Shown: positions 50,209 through 62,457 of the stretch, piece by piece
How positions within the stretch are numbered: the first letter of the stretch is position 1
Layout of the letters: each line of letters starts with the position of its first letter
DNA from: Armatimonadota bacterium
GTDB lineage: Bacteria; Armatimonadota; UBA5829; DSUL01
DNA length: 64,000 bases
Assembly (NCBI GenBank): GCA_039811685.1
Contig: JBDHZC010000002.1
Coordinates: 512,001 to 576,000, forward strand
Direction: 5' to 3'
The notes under the pieces: model-generated
Databases searched by the model: none
Seen by the model: the letters and a program-made list of their open reading frames with translations, nothing else
What the model was told of the DNA's origin: nothing
Made by a program: the position numbers and the translations under genes

Positions 50209-50320
50209 CTGATAAGGGCAAACTCTTCGAAAGAAGGGGACGCAAAGCCAAGGGTCTACCCCGCTCCGCCAGAGACCGTCTGGAGAATTGGAGATGGCAG
50301 GACAGCCTGGCTGCCGAGTT
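50209..50320 (+). ncRNA. Cyclic di-GMP-I (GEMM) riboswitch aptamer
   Basis: AAGGGCAAA-CTCTTC-GAAA-GAAGGG-GACGCAAAGCC-AAGGGTCTA...GACAGC-CTGGCTGCCGA matches the GEMM-I core: GNRA tetraloop stem, GACGCAAAGC junction and tetraloop-receptor stem. Confidence 0.88.
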
Positions 50321-50442
50321 CCCGGCCTTGTACTTCTGGATCGCCGCAGGCGCTCCGAAGTCGCATGCGAAGAGCTTGCCTTTTCGCGTTTGTGGTGGCC
50401 GGGAGACTCCAGAGGTTCAGATGGAAGAGGGAGTATCCAGTC

Positions 50443-50739
50443 ATGAAGATCACTGAAATGGAATCGGGAAAAGCCGGCGGACCACAGCAGGACCCAGCCA
50501 GCAGCATTCTGCCGGAGGAGTTTCGCGCCAACCTCCATCAGCCCAAAGCTCGCAGGGCGAAGACATCGCGGGAAGAGGCGATTGAAGTGGCGATGAAGGC
50601 GATGGAAGAGGTTCCGGACGTTCGCGAAGACGTTGTCGCCGATCTGAAGGCCAGAATTGAAAGCGGGCAGTACAAGGTGGCCGGTGAAGACGTTGCGGAC
50701 ATGATGATCCGGCGGATGAAAGCAGACCGCATCCGCTGA
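50443..50739 (+). CDS. flgM: Flagellar anti-sigma-28 factor FlgM
   Basis: 98 aa; C-terminal EVPDVREDVVADLKARIESGQYKVAGEDVADMM is the FlgM signature. RBS GAGGGAG. Confidence 0.85.
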   Translation: MKITEMESGKAGGPQQDPASSILPEEFRANLHQPKARRAKTSREEAIEVAMKAMEEVPDVREDVVADLKARIESGQYKVAGEDVADMMIRRMKADRIR

Positions 50740-50767
50740 GCGTTGCACAGATTAACACAAACCAGCG

Positions 50768-50800
50768 AAGAGCTGTCTCATTCGAGGCGGCTCTTTTTTT
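50768..50800 (+). terminator. Intrinsic terminator after flgM
   Basis: AAGAGCTGTCTC-ATTC-GAGGCGGCTCTT stem (with G-U pairs) ending in a T7 run. Confidence 0.85.
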
Positions 50801-50909
50801 ATAAGTCCGTTACTGCAGTCTCGGTACGGGCTGGCGTCTTGAGTGGCTACAAAAGTACTATAGCTTGCCGTAGAGAAAATCAGTAATGCTGATGTCAGGA
50901 GGAACATTC

Positions 50910-51260
50910 ATGTACGCAACTGCCAAAGAGTTCTACGACAACCGCAAAGCCAACAGCATGAAGATTCGAGACAATGCGCCGCAAGCTGCAAAGGGCTTTG
51001 CCCAGATGGACCAACTGCTGATGGCCGAGGGCGCCATCTCCGCAAAAGTCAAGGAGTTGATTGCGCTCGGAATCGCGATCGCTGACCACTGCGTTCCCTG
51101 CCTTCGGGCGCACGTCTCAGGGTGCATGGAAGAGGGCGCGACGCGAGAAGAGATCATTGAGGCTGCACAGGTTGCGGTGGTGATGGGTGGCGGGCCGGCG
51201 TTGATTCATCTGCCCATGGTGATAGAGGCGCTGGATGAGTTGGAGAGCCGCACAGGCTGA
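50910..51260 (+). CDS. Carboxymuconolactone decarboxylase / AhpD-like protein
   Basis: KVKELIALGIAI..HCVPC..AH....GATREEI.EA; RBS AGGAGG. Confidence 0.9.
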   Translation: MYATAKEFYDNRKANSMKIRDNAPQAAKGFAQMDQLLMAEGAISAKVKELIALGIAIADHCVPCLRAHVSGCMEEGATREEIIEAAQVAVVMGGGPALIHLPMVIEALDELESRTG

Positions 51261-51301
51261 CTTTCTGGCGGGTGCGGGTTCAATCGGCTAAGATTGGCGC
51301 G

Positions 51302-52117
51302 ATGAACACCGTCACTGTCAGCGAAAACGTATCATTTGGCTCCGGACGCCTGGCGCTGATTGCCGGGCCATGCGTCATCGAAGACCTGGACCTGTGCCTC
51401 AGTGTTGCCGGACGCGCCAAGGACATTTGTGAGCGTCTGGGGATAGGCTACGTCTTCAAAGCCAGTTTCGACAAAGCCAACCGCACGTCCGTGGACTCCT
51501 ACCGCGGGCCGGGTCTGGCGCGCGGGTTGGAGATTCTGGCAAAGGTCAAGAACGACGTTGACGTTCCGCTGCTGACAGACGTTCACGAGACCTGGCAGGT
51601 TGAACCCGCCGCTGAGGTGGTGGACATCCTGCAGATTCCCGCGTTTCTGTGCCGCCAGACGGATCTTCTGCTGGCGTGCGGGCAGAGTGAGCGCGTTGTG
51701 AATGTGAAGAAGGGGCAGTTTGTAGCCCCTCACGACATGGTCAACGCGGTGCGCAAGATTGAGAGCACGGGAAACCAGCGCATCCTGCTGAGTGAGCGCG
51801 GCGCGAGCTTTGGCTACAACACGCTTATTGCGGATATGACCAGCATCCCTGTCATGCAGGAGACGGGCTATCCGGTTGTCTTTGACGCTACACACAGCGT
51901 GCAGCGTCCGGGAGGACAGGGAACGTCTTCAGGAGGCAACCGGCAGTTTATTCCGGCGCTCACCAGAGCCGCAATGGCGGCGGGAGCGGACGCCCTGTTC
52001 ATCGAGACCCATCCTAATCCCGAAGCGGCGCTGTCAGATGCGGCGTCACAGCTTCCACTGGATGAGCTGGAAGCGCTGCTTGAAAGTGCGCTGCGCGTGT
52101 TCGAAGCTGTCCGCTGA
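51302..52117 (+). CDS. kdsA: 3-deoxy-8-phosphooctulonate (KDO8P) synthase
   Basis: IAGPCVIE, FKASFDKANRTS, QIPAFLCRQTDLL, KKGQF, FDATHSVQ. Confidence 0.97.
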   Translation: MNTVTVSENVSFGSGRLALIAGPCVIEDLDLCLSVAGRAKDICERLGIGYVFKASFDKANRTSVDSYRGPGLARGLEILAKVKNDVDVPLLTDVHETWQVEPAAEVVDILQIPAFLCRQTDLLLACGQSERVVNVKKGQFVAPHDMVNAVRKIESTGNQRILLSERGASFGYNTLIADMTSIPVMQETGYPVVFDATHSVQRPGGQGTSSGGNRQFIPALTRAAMAAGADALFIETHPNPEAALSDAASQLPLDELEALLESALRVFEAVR

Positions 52118-52173
52118 CGGAAGAGGCCGCGGGCACAACCCGTCGTACCTGATCCCTTGACCCTAAACCCTGA

Positions 52174-53976
52174 TCACTGACCCCTGGTCTCTTGTTCTGG
52201 CGGCGCGGGCGGAGCCTTGACCGGCCGGGTCAGATCGATCTCCTGCGTCTTGTCGGGCGGATAGCTCAGGACGAGTTTGGTCCCGGTGTCCGGCGCTTCA
52301 AGGAGCTTGACCAGCGCTCCGGGAACAAAGAAGTCGCGCGCGCTGATGCCTCGCGCAATAAGAACTGCGTCAAGACTGGAGCGCTCCTGCGGTGACAGAC
52401 CAAGCGCGGAGAGACCAGTGGACCTCAAACGCTCGATCTGGCTTTCCGGGAGCGACCCGTAGAACAGAACGGCGCTGCGCCGCTCGGTGGTGACCAACGC
52501 CCAGCCGCTTGCCGACAGCGTCTGGTCCGACATCAGCAACCCCATAAGCTGCTCCTGGGAGTAGCTCTGGGCAATTTGCGCGAGCTCCTCAAGGTTTAGC
52601 CCGCCGTTCTTCTTCGCAAGGTCCGCCCAGTATTTTTTGTCAGCCTGCGCCACCATTGCGGCCCGTCTCTGTGCCCAGTCGTCTGCCTTGAGGCGCGCCG
52701 CTCCGGCGCTATAGTCCCAGGTCATGCCAAATGTGCTCGAGACCCCGGCGATGACTTTCTTCGCCGTTCCCTTGTCTTTCGCGGCTTTGCGATCCGGCTG
52801 GTTCCAGGCCTCCGCGTAAATATCAATGTGGGCCTTCTCGACGACCGGCTTCAGAGCGGCGGCGGCGTCCGAGATGTCCTTAGGATCTATCTCGACCTCC
52901 GTCAGTAGCCGCGGGTCAGTTGGCGCTGGAGTCTCCGCAAGCTCACGGGCCGCAGTTTCACGGTTGATTGTCTGTACGGCCTCACCGATCTCCGTACCGA
53001 TCTGTTGTACAACGGTACGCGGATCCTCACCCTGAGCAAAGCGGTTGACGGCCTTAGTGATGAGAGCGGCCATCGGACTACCGGGTGTGACGATTGGAAA
53101 GCCCATCCGTCCACCCGCGCCAACGCCACTGACCTCCAGCGTGCCGGCGAATCCGATCTGATCCATCACCGCATGTCCCGGGCCGGAAGGCATCGGCCGC
53201 ATGACAAGAGAGGTCTTGCTCCAGTCACCGTCAAAAGCCGTACTGTCGGTCTTGTTGCCGAGTTTGCTGTGGAAGTAGTTCATCCCTGTGGCGAAAAACT
53301 GGAGGCTGCTCTGCTGGGCGGGAGTCAGTTGATTGTAGGGAACTCTGAACGGCTCACCGGCAGCAACGGACGGAACGGCTGATGAGGCAAGAGCGGATAC
53401 CAGGCTGCCGTAAGCCTTTCCGAACGGGTCCTGGCTGACAAATTTGCCGAAATCCTGTTCCGGATCGTTCTTACCTCCCGCCTGTTCCTGAGAGGTCTTG
53501 TCGTGCGGGGACATGAGGGCCTTTAGCCCGTCCGCAATCTCCTGCCACTGCGCTGTGACTTTCTCCAACTGCTCGTCCTGCTTGGATTGCAGTTCCCTGG
53601 CCTCCCGGTCGCGGGAGTTGCGATCCTGCCATATTGTGTAAACCCACTCTCCTTCCCTGCCGGAGCGCGCCCAGCGCAAGTCCAGCAATCTGGCAAGCTG
53701 CGCCTGGAACTCCTGCACTGTTGCATCCTTGACTTCAACGCTGACAGGGAGCTCCCGGATTTTCCAGGCTTTGGTTTCCTGATCCGCACGCATCGTCACG
53801 CCGGACTCCTCGGAAGCCTTTTTCAAAAGGTCATCCAGAAGCGCGTGAGTTTCGGAAAGAGTGATTGTCTTGCTGAGCCGCAAATCCTGCTGGCGCTCGG
53901 TCTCCGCGGCAGAAGACACGCTCGCGCAAATGACAAGCAGACTCGCAATGAATGCGACTGACAGAGCTCTGTACAT
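52174..53976 (-). CDS. Secreted hypothetical protein with an N-terminal STN/secretin-N-like domain
   Basis: Signal peptide (..VSSA); DLRLSKTITL....LDDLLKKASEESGV..., with a second similar unit at DPRLLTEVEI. No catalytic motif recognised. Confidence 0.65.
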   Translation of the reverse strand: MYRALSVAFIASLLVICASVSSAAETERQQDLRLSKTITLSETHALLDDLLKKASEESGVTMRADQETKAWKIRELPVSVEVKDATVQEFQAQLARLLDLRWARSGREGEWVYTIWQDRNSRDREARELQSKQDEQLEKVTAQWQEIADGLKALMSPHDKTSQEQAGGKNDPEQDFGKFVSQDPFGKAYGSLVSALASSAVPSVAAGEPFRVPYNQLTPAQQSSLQFFATGMNYFHSKLGNKTDSTAFDGDWSKTSLVMRPMPSGPGHAVMDQIGFAGTLEVSGVGAGGRMGFPIVTPGSPMAALITKAVNRFAQGEDPRTVVQQIGTEIGEAVQTINRETAARELAETPAPTDPRLLTEVEIDPKDISDAAAALKPVVEKAHIDIYAEAWNQPDRKAAKDKGTAKKVIAGVSSTFGMTWDYSAGAARLKADDWAQRRAAMVAQADKKYWADLAKKNGGLNLEELAQIAQSYSQEQLMGLLMSDQTLSASGWALVTTERRSAVLFYGSLPESQIERLRSTGLSALGLSPQERSSLDAVLIARGISARDFFVPGALVKLLEAPDTGTKLVLSYPPDKTQEIDLTRPVKAPPAPPEQETRGQ

Positions 53977-54186
53977 AATCAGACTGTATCTCCCTCAGCC
54001 ATCTGGCGGCACACGTGTCCTAGCGGCTGTCACCTGAATTATACACCGTACCCGCTCTTCGGGAAAGGCAGAAGCCTGCTGTGCGAAAGTTCAAACCTGT
54101 GAATAGTGCCAAATAGCCAGTATTCCTGTCAGTCAGGCAGCAACTCTCATTCCGGCATAAACTTCATGACTCTATCTGCGAGGTAT

Positions 54187-54576
54187 ATGCCAGTGTCCTT
54201 GACACGCGAAAGTCAGATCATCGCGGTGATCTGCCTGGTTGACCTTGTAGTGACTCTGGCTCTGCTGGCGAGCACGCCGAACGTCTCCGAAGGGAATCCG
54301 CTGATGAACTTCTATCTTCAGTTTGGAGTCGGAGCGTTCGTAATCGCCAAGCTGTGCCTGCTATTCGCCCCAATCTTCATCGTCGAGTACTGCCGCCAGT
54401 ACAGACCACGTTTCGCGCGCAATATGTTGCGTATGGCGATCATCGCCTACCTGGGCACCTACGCCCTGCTGTTTGTGCGCTACAACGTGCCGGTCTTGCT
54501 GGCGGACACGCATTCGGCCACGCAGTACACCCGGGTTGCGGCGACTTCAGGCCCTCAGCACGCGATGCCCAGATGA
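54187..54576 (+). CDS. DUF5658-like small membrane protein
   Basis: LVD.VVT...EGNPLM...F...K pattern with 3 TM segments; start uncertain (54166, 54187 or 54193). Confidence 0.7.
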   Translation: MPVSLTRESQIIAVICLVDLVVTLALLASTPNVSEGNPLMNFYLQFGVGAFVIAKLCLLFAPIFIVEYCRQYRPRFARNMLRMAIIAYLGTYALLFVRYNVPVLLADTHSATQYTRVAATSGPQHAMPR

Positions 54577-54612
54577 CACTGCGGGTCGGTCACAGATGAC
54601 CGCACATTCACG

Positions 54613-54645
54613 AAAGCCGCTCTATTCCAATGGAGCGGCTTTTTT
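54613..54645. terminator. Probably bidirectional intrinsic terminator
   Basis: AAAGCCGCTCTAT-TCCA-ATGGAGCGGCTTT followed by a T run, between convergent genes. Confidence 0.8.
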
Positions 54646-54683
54646 GTGTGTCCAAGTGCAAACACTTTCCTGAGTCGGAGGGC

Positions 54684-55520
54684 CTAGTAAGGGTATTCCG
54701 GGCGGATATAGTAGTCGTTAAGAAGCCACTTATTGTACGGGTTGTCGTTCGGGTGGTAGAGCTTGTCTTTGGTGACGACCTCAGTGTGGCCGTCAGACAT
54801 CACGGTGTTCCAGGCGAAGATCGGGTACTTCATATTGTGCCACTGTGCCTGCCACGCACTCTCTCCAGGAGGGCTGGACTCACTGAACTGAAGCGCATCG
54901 TAAAACACAATCGCGCGCGATGGAAACGGAATCTGCTGAAGCTTGACAGGGCGGATGGAGCCCGCGGGCGGGCCACCTCCGTAGAGCTGATCCCAGTTCT
55001 TGATGACCAGGCTGGTGCGAAAAGCATAGCTACAGCCAACCTGACGATACGCGTTCTTGATTACCGGCGGCCATCCGGTCTGGCCCGTGTCCGGCCGCAA
55101 CCACTTATAGCCCTTGTCGGCCGGATCGCGCCATATCTCGTGGCTTTTGCTGTAGGGCATCAGGGCGTCCCAGACGTACGGGAACTGCGCCATAGCAGCC
55201 TTCGGATTGTCGTGCCGGTCTTCAGCGTCACAGGCGCGCGGGACAAATCCCTGGTGATCGTCACAATACTGAATGAATGCCAGCCCAATCTGATGCAGGT
55301 TGCTCAGACAGCCCGCCGCACGGGCGCGGTCTCGCGCGGCAGCAAAGACAGGGAAGAGAATCGCCGCCAAAATGGCGATGATGGCAATGACCACGAGAAG
55401 CTCAATCAGGGTGAAGCCTCTGCGGCCCGCCCGGCGGCGGAGTAAGCAAATACTTCGCGACGCCTCAACACCAAATTCCAGGCTTACTGCACACCTTGTC
55501 TCAACTCTGTTGCCCACCAT
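54684..55520 (-). CDS. Second prepilin-type N-terminal cleavage/methylation protein (DUF1559-like)
   Basis: [31 protein letters not shown]...[17 protein letters not shown]...N.VMSDGH. ATG at 55520 follows GAGGA. Confidence 0.9.
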   Translation of the reverse strand: MVGNRVETRCAVSLEFGVEASRSICLLRRRAGRRGFTLIELLVVIAIIAILAAILFPVFAAARDRARAAGCLSNLHQIGLAFIQYCDDHQGFVPRACDAEDRHDNPKAAMAQFPYVWDALMPYSKSHEIWRDPADKGYKWLRPDTGQTGWPPVIKNAYRQVGCSYAFRTSLVIKNWDQLYGGGPPAGSIRPVKLQQIPFPSRAIVFYDALQFSESSPPGESAWQAQWHNMKYPIFAWNTVMSDGHTEVVTKDKLYHPNDNPYNKWLLNDYYIRPEYPY

Positions 55521-55994
55521 TACGTCCTCGTTTATACCACTCAGCTCTGAATGCCCGATAACACCCGTATTATAGCATTCGCACAGAGAAAACAAGAAGT
55601 CGTTGCAAAATTGGAGGCCGGACAGGGGGAGGGCCGCTTAGAGCGCAAAAAAATGGCCGCACCTTCTGTCAGATATTACCAGGAACGGCCAAGATACTAA
55701 CTCCGAGGCAGGAGTTGGGCTCTCAGGCAGAAGGAGGCGCTTTCTCAAATTGAAGGCTTTCCACCTGTCCTGGAACCAGTGCAGTCTTTCGACCGCATGC
55801 TGCGCGGGTTGGGACCGCGCAGACATCCTCATAGCTGTGCACAATCTCGTTGGCAAAGGCAGCGCTTTGATGCAGCCTGCCCGCAACGAGCGCTGGAAAC
55901 CACTGTCACTCCTCAGGATAAGCCGCGGCCACTGTCCTGTCAACTACCTTCAGGAAATCCTGTTAGTTGTACGGGGAAATGCCGCACACCTGGA

Positions 55995-56789
55995 CTACTG
56001 CGGTGGCGCGCTCCTTCTCAGGAACGGTTCAATGAGCTCGATAGGCAGCGGAAAGATCGTGGTGGAGTTGTTCTCCGAGGCAATCTCGCTGAGAGTCTGC
56101 AGGAAGCGAAGCTGCAACGCCGCCGGCGTTGCGCCGATAATGCTGGCTGCCTGAGACAGCTTCTCGGCGGCCTGAAACTCGCCTTCCGCATTGATAACTT
56201 TGGCGCGCCTCTCTCGCTCCGTCTCCGCCTGGCGAGCCATTGCCCTTCGCATCCCTTCGGGAAGAGCGACATCGCGCACCTCTACGGCGTTGACCTTGAT
56301 TCCCCAAGGCTCGGTTTGCTCGTCAATAACCGTCTGCAGCCGCTGGTTCACTTCGTCGCGCTCAGCGAGAATGGAGTCGAGCTCGACCTGGCCCACGATA
56401 CTGCGCAAAGTCGTCTGCGCGATCAAAGCTGTCGCGCGGGAGAAGTTCTCAACTTTGACAATGGCGTCTGCCGGGTTCAGGACTTGAAAATAGATGACCG
56501 CATCCACTGTGACTGGAACGTTATCACGCGTCATTGTCTCCTGTCTGGCAACGTCCATGGTCACAACGCGCAAGTCCACCTTGACCATCTGTTCAATGTA
56601 AGGGATGAGATAGATCAGGCCAGGGCCACGCACGCCAACCAGACGGCCAAGGCGAAACACCACGCCCCGCTCGTACTCTTTGACCACCTTAATGGCGGAG
56701 GGGATCACCAGGATAGCAATGACAATAATCACCACTACCGTGGGGCCTAGAAACTGATAAATAGCCAAAAGAAGACTTGCAAAGTCCAT
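55995..56789 (-). CDS. Slipin (SPFH/band 7, stomatin-like) protein
   Basis: EYERGVVFRLGR..GPGL, TRDNV, AQTTLRS, MARQAETERERRAK, ALQLRFLQTL. Confidence 0.95.
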   Translation of the reverse strand: MDFASLLLAIYQFLGPTVVVIIVIAILVIPSAIKVVKEYERGVVFRLGRLVGVRGPGLIYLIPYIEQMVKVDLRVVTMDVARQETMTRDNVPVTVDAVIYFQVLNPADAIVKVENFSRATALIAQTTLRSIVGQVELDSILAERDEVNQRLQTVIDEQTEPWGIKVNAVEVRDVALPEGMRRAMARQAETERERRAKVINAEGEFQAAEKLSQAASIIGATPAALQLRFLQTLSEIASENNSTTIFPLPIELIEPFLRRSAPPQ

Positions 56790-56793
56790 AGTC

Positions 56794-58092
56794 CTACTCT
56801 TTCGTAACGAACAGTCTGAGACCCTTCACGCGCACAACCCGCACCATCTGACCAGCCTCAACAGGCTCGCCGCCCTCAACCTCAGCAGTCCACCAGGAAC
56901 CTTCCAGAAACACGCGCCCGACCGGCGCCAACGGTGTTCTAGCTTCGGCAAGCAAACCAATTAGACCTTCGTGGCCCGTAGTAACCTTGCGCTTCTGCGC
57001 CCGGATTCCAGCGCCGATTGCTGTTGTAAACAGCACAGCGCTTACAATCGCTGCAGAGATGACAAAGGACAGGGACATCCGGAACATGGGTTCGTCGGTG
57101 TCAACGAGGAGAAACAGACCAAGCGCAAGGGAGATCACGCCTCCTGTTGTGAGGACTCCGTGGGTTGCGACATGGGCATCCACAGCAAAGAGGATGAACG
57201 AAAAGAAGATCAAAAGCAGCGCCGTGTAGTTCAAAGGGAGAACATTCGAGCTGAACAACACGAGAATGAGCGCCAGACCACCCGCAACTCCTGGAAAGAT
57301 GGCCCCGGGGTTGGAGACTTCGGCGATTATCCCGTACATCGCAATAAGAACGAGCACGCCCAGCACCATCGGGTTGGCCAGAAAATGGAGCAATGACTCA
57401 CGAGGATTGATTGGCAGCTCTTCAACCGGAGCGTGCTCTGTCCGCAGCGTAACGTGTTTGCCGCCCGCGACTTCAACCGAGCGTCCATCAATCTTCTGGA
57501 GGAGCTGAGTGCGATCCTTCGCAATGAGATCGATGACGTTGAGCTTCAACGCTTCCGTTTCCGTTGCGCTGATACCCTCTCGCACCGCCTTCACCGCCCA
57601 CTTCGCGTTGCGCCCGCGGCGCTCAGCCAGCGTCTCCATATAGCTCGCCATCGCGTTTGTGACTTTTCGGGGAAGGTCCTTGCCTTCTCCTGTGATCGGG
57701 GTCGCAGAACCTATGTGAGTTGTTGGCGCCATAGCGGCTATCTGAGCTGCGACGGTGATGTACGTCCCGGCGGAAGCAGCCATCGCGCCTTCTGGCGCCA
57801 CGTACACCGCTATCGGAACCGGGGAGGCCAACATAGCCTTGATGATGTCTTTTGTCGAGTCCACCAGACCGCCCGGAGTATCCAGCTCAACGAGCAGCAG
57901 TGCGTCCTTGTGTTCGGTGGCCGTGCGAATTCCCCGCAGGATATAGGCCGCAGTTGCCGGATCGATTGACCCTTCGACGCGGACAACCCGGACAATGCCG
58001 GCCGCCAGAGCGTGCGCTTGCGCGCTCACCAGCAGCACAAGCGCGAGAAGGGCAGTGCTGGCCCAGCTTTTTTCCGCTACAGGTCGTCGCAT
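56794..58092 (-). CDS. nfeD: NfeD (long form, ClpP-like serine protease domain)
   Basis: LDTPGG, AASAG, IGSATP, TM region and a C-terminal OB domain (GRVFLEGSWWTA); the classical partner of slipin. Confidence 0.93.
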   Translation of the reverse strand: MRRPVAEKSWASTALLALVLLVSAQAHALAAGIVRVVRVEGSIDPATAAYILRGIRTATEHKDALLLVELDTPGGLVDSTKDIIKAMLASPVPIAVYVAPEGAMAASAGTYITVAAQIAAMAPTTHIGSATPITGEGKDLPRKVTNAMASYMETLAERRGRNAKWAVKAVREGISATETEALKLNVIDLIAKDRTQLLQKIDGRSVEVAGGKHVTLRTEHAPVEELPINPRESLLHFLANPMVLGVLVLIAMYGIIAEVSNPGAIFPGVAGGLALILVLFSSNVLPLNYTALLLIFFSFILFAVDAHVATHGVLTTGGVISLALGLFLLVDTDEPMFRMSLSFVISAAIVSAVLFTTAIGAGIRAQKRKVTTGHEGLIGLLAEARTPLAPVGRVFLEGSWWTAEVEGGEPVEAGQMVRVVRVKGLRLFVTKE

Positions 58093-58295
58093 GAATGTTA
58101 TCAATCGAGGTCTTTGCCTATCCCCGTTTCAGTCTATGCCAGAAACCGCAATCCGAGGACTGCGTCGACTGCGAGAGCTTGCTTTCCACGCTGTACAACG
58201 CAAACGAACATCTTCCGCAGGGACTCTCGATACTTGCCTGAACTATACCGGTACCACTCCCGTAATGCAATCCGAGCGATCGATGGGCATAATAA

Positions 58296-60851
<2,556 letters not shown>

Positions 60852-60865
<14 letters not shown>

Positions 60866-61319
60866 AGAGCAAGGATTTGAAATTGTTGACAAGCGCAGGT
60901 TGGGCGAAACTGAACCACCACAGCCAGACATTTCTCGGAACGCGGAATCAGCCGCAACACCTGAAACCTCGCACTCTAGCGTCTCGACCGAGGCCAATGC
61001 GGCAACGCCCGACCCTTCGGAAACGGACCCCGAGCTTCTCGGCCCTCCAAACGTTGAAAGCTTGCTAGCTTATATGTTGAATCTGCTCGCGACTTCGGCG
61101 TGGCAGTGGATGGGTGTCATTATGAACCCTGAAACATCCGAGGCAACTGTGGATATTGGGCAGGCGCGACTGGCCATCGATACCTTTGAGGCAGTGGCTG
61201 AGAAGCTGAGCCCCTCACTTGATGAGCGAACACGCCGGGAGATCCAAAATGCCCTTGCTGACTTGCGTGTCAACTTTGTCGAGAGATCTACCAAAGCGCC
61301 GTCGGGCGGCGCATCCTGA
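60852..61319 (+). CDS. DUF1844 domain protein
   Basis: GFEIVDKRR; A...MG...NP......D...ARLAID...L..LR..FV. Confidence 0.8.
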
Positions 61320-61810
61320 TGGAACGACTGTGGGCACCGTGGAGAATGCAGTACATCGACCGCGGAGAGACGGAGGGCTGTATCTTTTGTGATAAGCCGC
61401 GTCTAGCGGACTCAGAAGCACTTATCGTGCACAGGGCGCAACACACCTTCGTTATGATGAATGCTTTTCCATACAACAACGGGCACGTGCTGATAGCTCC
61501 CTATAAACACACTTCCAGCATTGGAGACCTTTCACGTGACGAACGTCTCGAAATTATGGATATGCTAGACCTGTGCATACAGACCCTCAAGCTCACAGCT
61601 AATCCTGAAGGGTATAATTTCGGCGCCAACCTGGGGCGTGTTGCCGGAGCCGGAGTTGCTGAGCATGTCCACTTCCATCTTGTGCCTCGCTGGAACGGAG
61701 ACACGAACTTCATGCCCGTCGTAGCGGATACCAAAGTGCTGCCGGAGGCGCTACAGACAGTGTGCGACAAGCTGCGAGAAGCGCTCAAGAGATCGAAGCC
61801 ACAGTCGTGA
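61319..61810 (+). CDS. HIT family hydrolase (Fhit/Ap4A-type)
   Basis: LWAPWR, CIFC, NAFPYNNGH, AGAG..EHVHFHLVPRW.GD. Confidence 0.93.
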   Translation: MERLWAPWRMQYIDRGETEGCIFCDKPRLADSEALIVHRAQHTFVMMNAFPYNNGHVLIAPYKHTSSIGDLSRDERLEIMDMLDLCIQTLKLTANPEGYNFGANLGRVAGAGVAEHVHFHLVPRWNGDTNFMPVVADTKVLPEALQTVCDKLREALKRSKPQS

Positions 61811-62457
61811 ACGACTCCCTTACAGAAGCTCTTTCAAGAATCGCCCGGGAAGCTTCCAACTGCCGCAACTGTGATCTCTCCGAGACACGGACGAATGTGG
61901 TGTTCGGCGAGGGCAATCCGGACACGCCGCTGATGATTGTCGGAGAAGGACCGGGGGAGACAGAAGACCTCACGGGACGGCCATTTGTGGGGCGTGCCGG
62001 CGCCCTCCTGGACGAGTGCCTGGCGGAAAACCGAATAACTCGTAAGCACGTCTACATCACAAACGTCGTCAAGTGTCGCGCTTGCACGCTCGAAGGGAAA
62101 CGGAAAAAAAACAGACCTCCAACTCCAGGAGAAGTCTCAGCCTGCGCACCCTGGCTACAGCAGCAATTGGAGATTATCAAGCCGCTTGTTGTGATGTGTA
62201 TCGGGGCATCCTCCGCTAATGCACTTATCCACAAGAACTTCAAGATTATGCAGGAAAGAGGCAGGTTCTTTGAAGTTCCGTTCGCACGCGCGGCGATTGC
62301 TGCGCTGCACCCGGCTTACATCCTTCGGCAGCACGGGCAAGCCTATCAGGACGCACGCGCCACGCTTGTCGCTGATATCGCAGCAGCTCGACAGAAGGTT
62401 ATCGAGATCAAGAAAGCCGACGATTACGCAAGCGAGAGCGGTCTTTTCCAGCCATAG
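61807..62457 (+). CDS. Family 4 (Fe-S) uracil-DNA glycosylase
   Basis: C..C.L, GEGPG.ED..GRPFVG.AG, TNVVKCR, HPAY. The GTG start overlaps the HIT stop codon. Confidence 0.93.
   Translation: MNDSLTEALSRIAREASNCRNCDLSETRTNVVFGEGNPDTPLMIVGEGPGETEDLTGRPFVGRAGALLDECLAENRITRKHVYITNVVKCRACTLEGKRKKNRPPTPGEVSACAPWLQQQLEIIKPLVVMCIGASSANALIHKNFKIMQERGRFFEVPFARAAIAALHPAYILRQHGQAYQDARATLVADIAAARQKVIEIKKADDYASESGLFQP

Noticed and set aside
55596..55994. 101-134 aa ORFs between the second pilin gene and slipin
   Set aside because: No RBS or domain features; more likely promoter or spacer sequence.
62225..62233. Perfect DnaA box TTATCCACA as oriC
   Set aside because: A single copy inside the UDG coding sequence, with no box cluster or AT-rich unwinding element.
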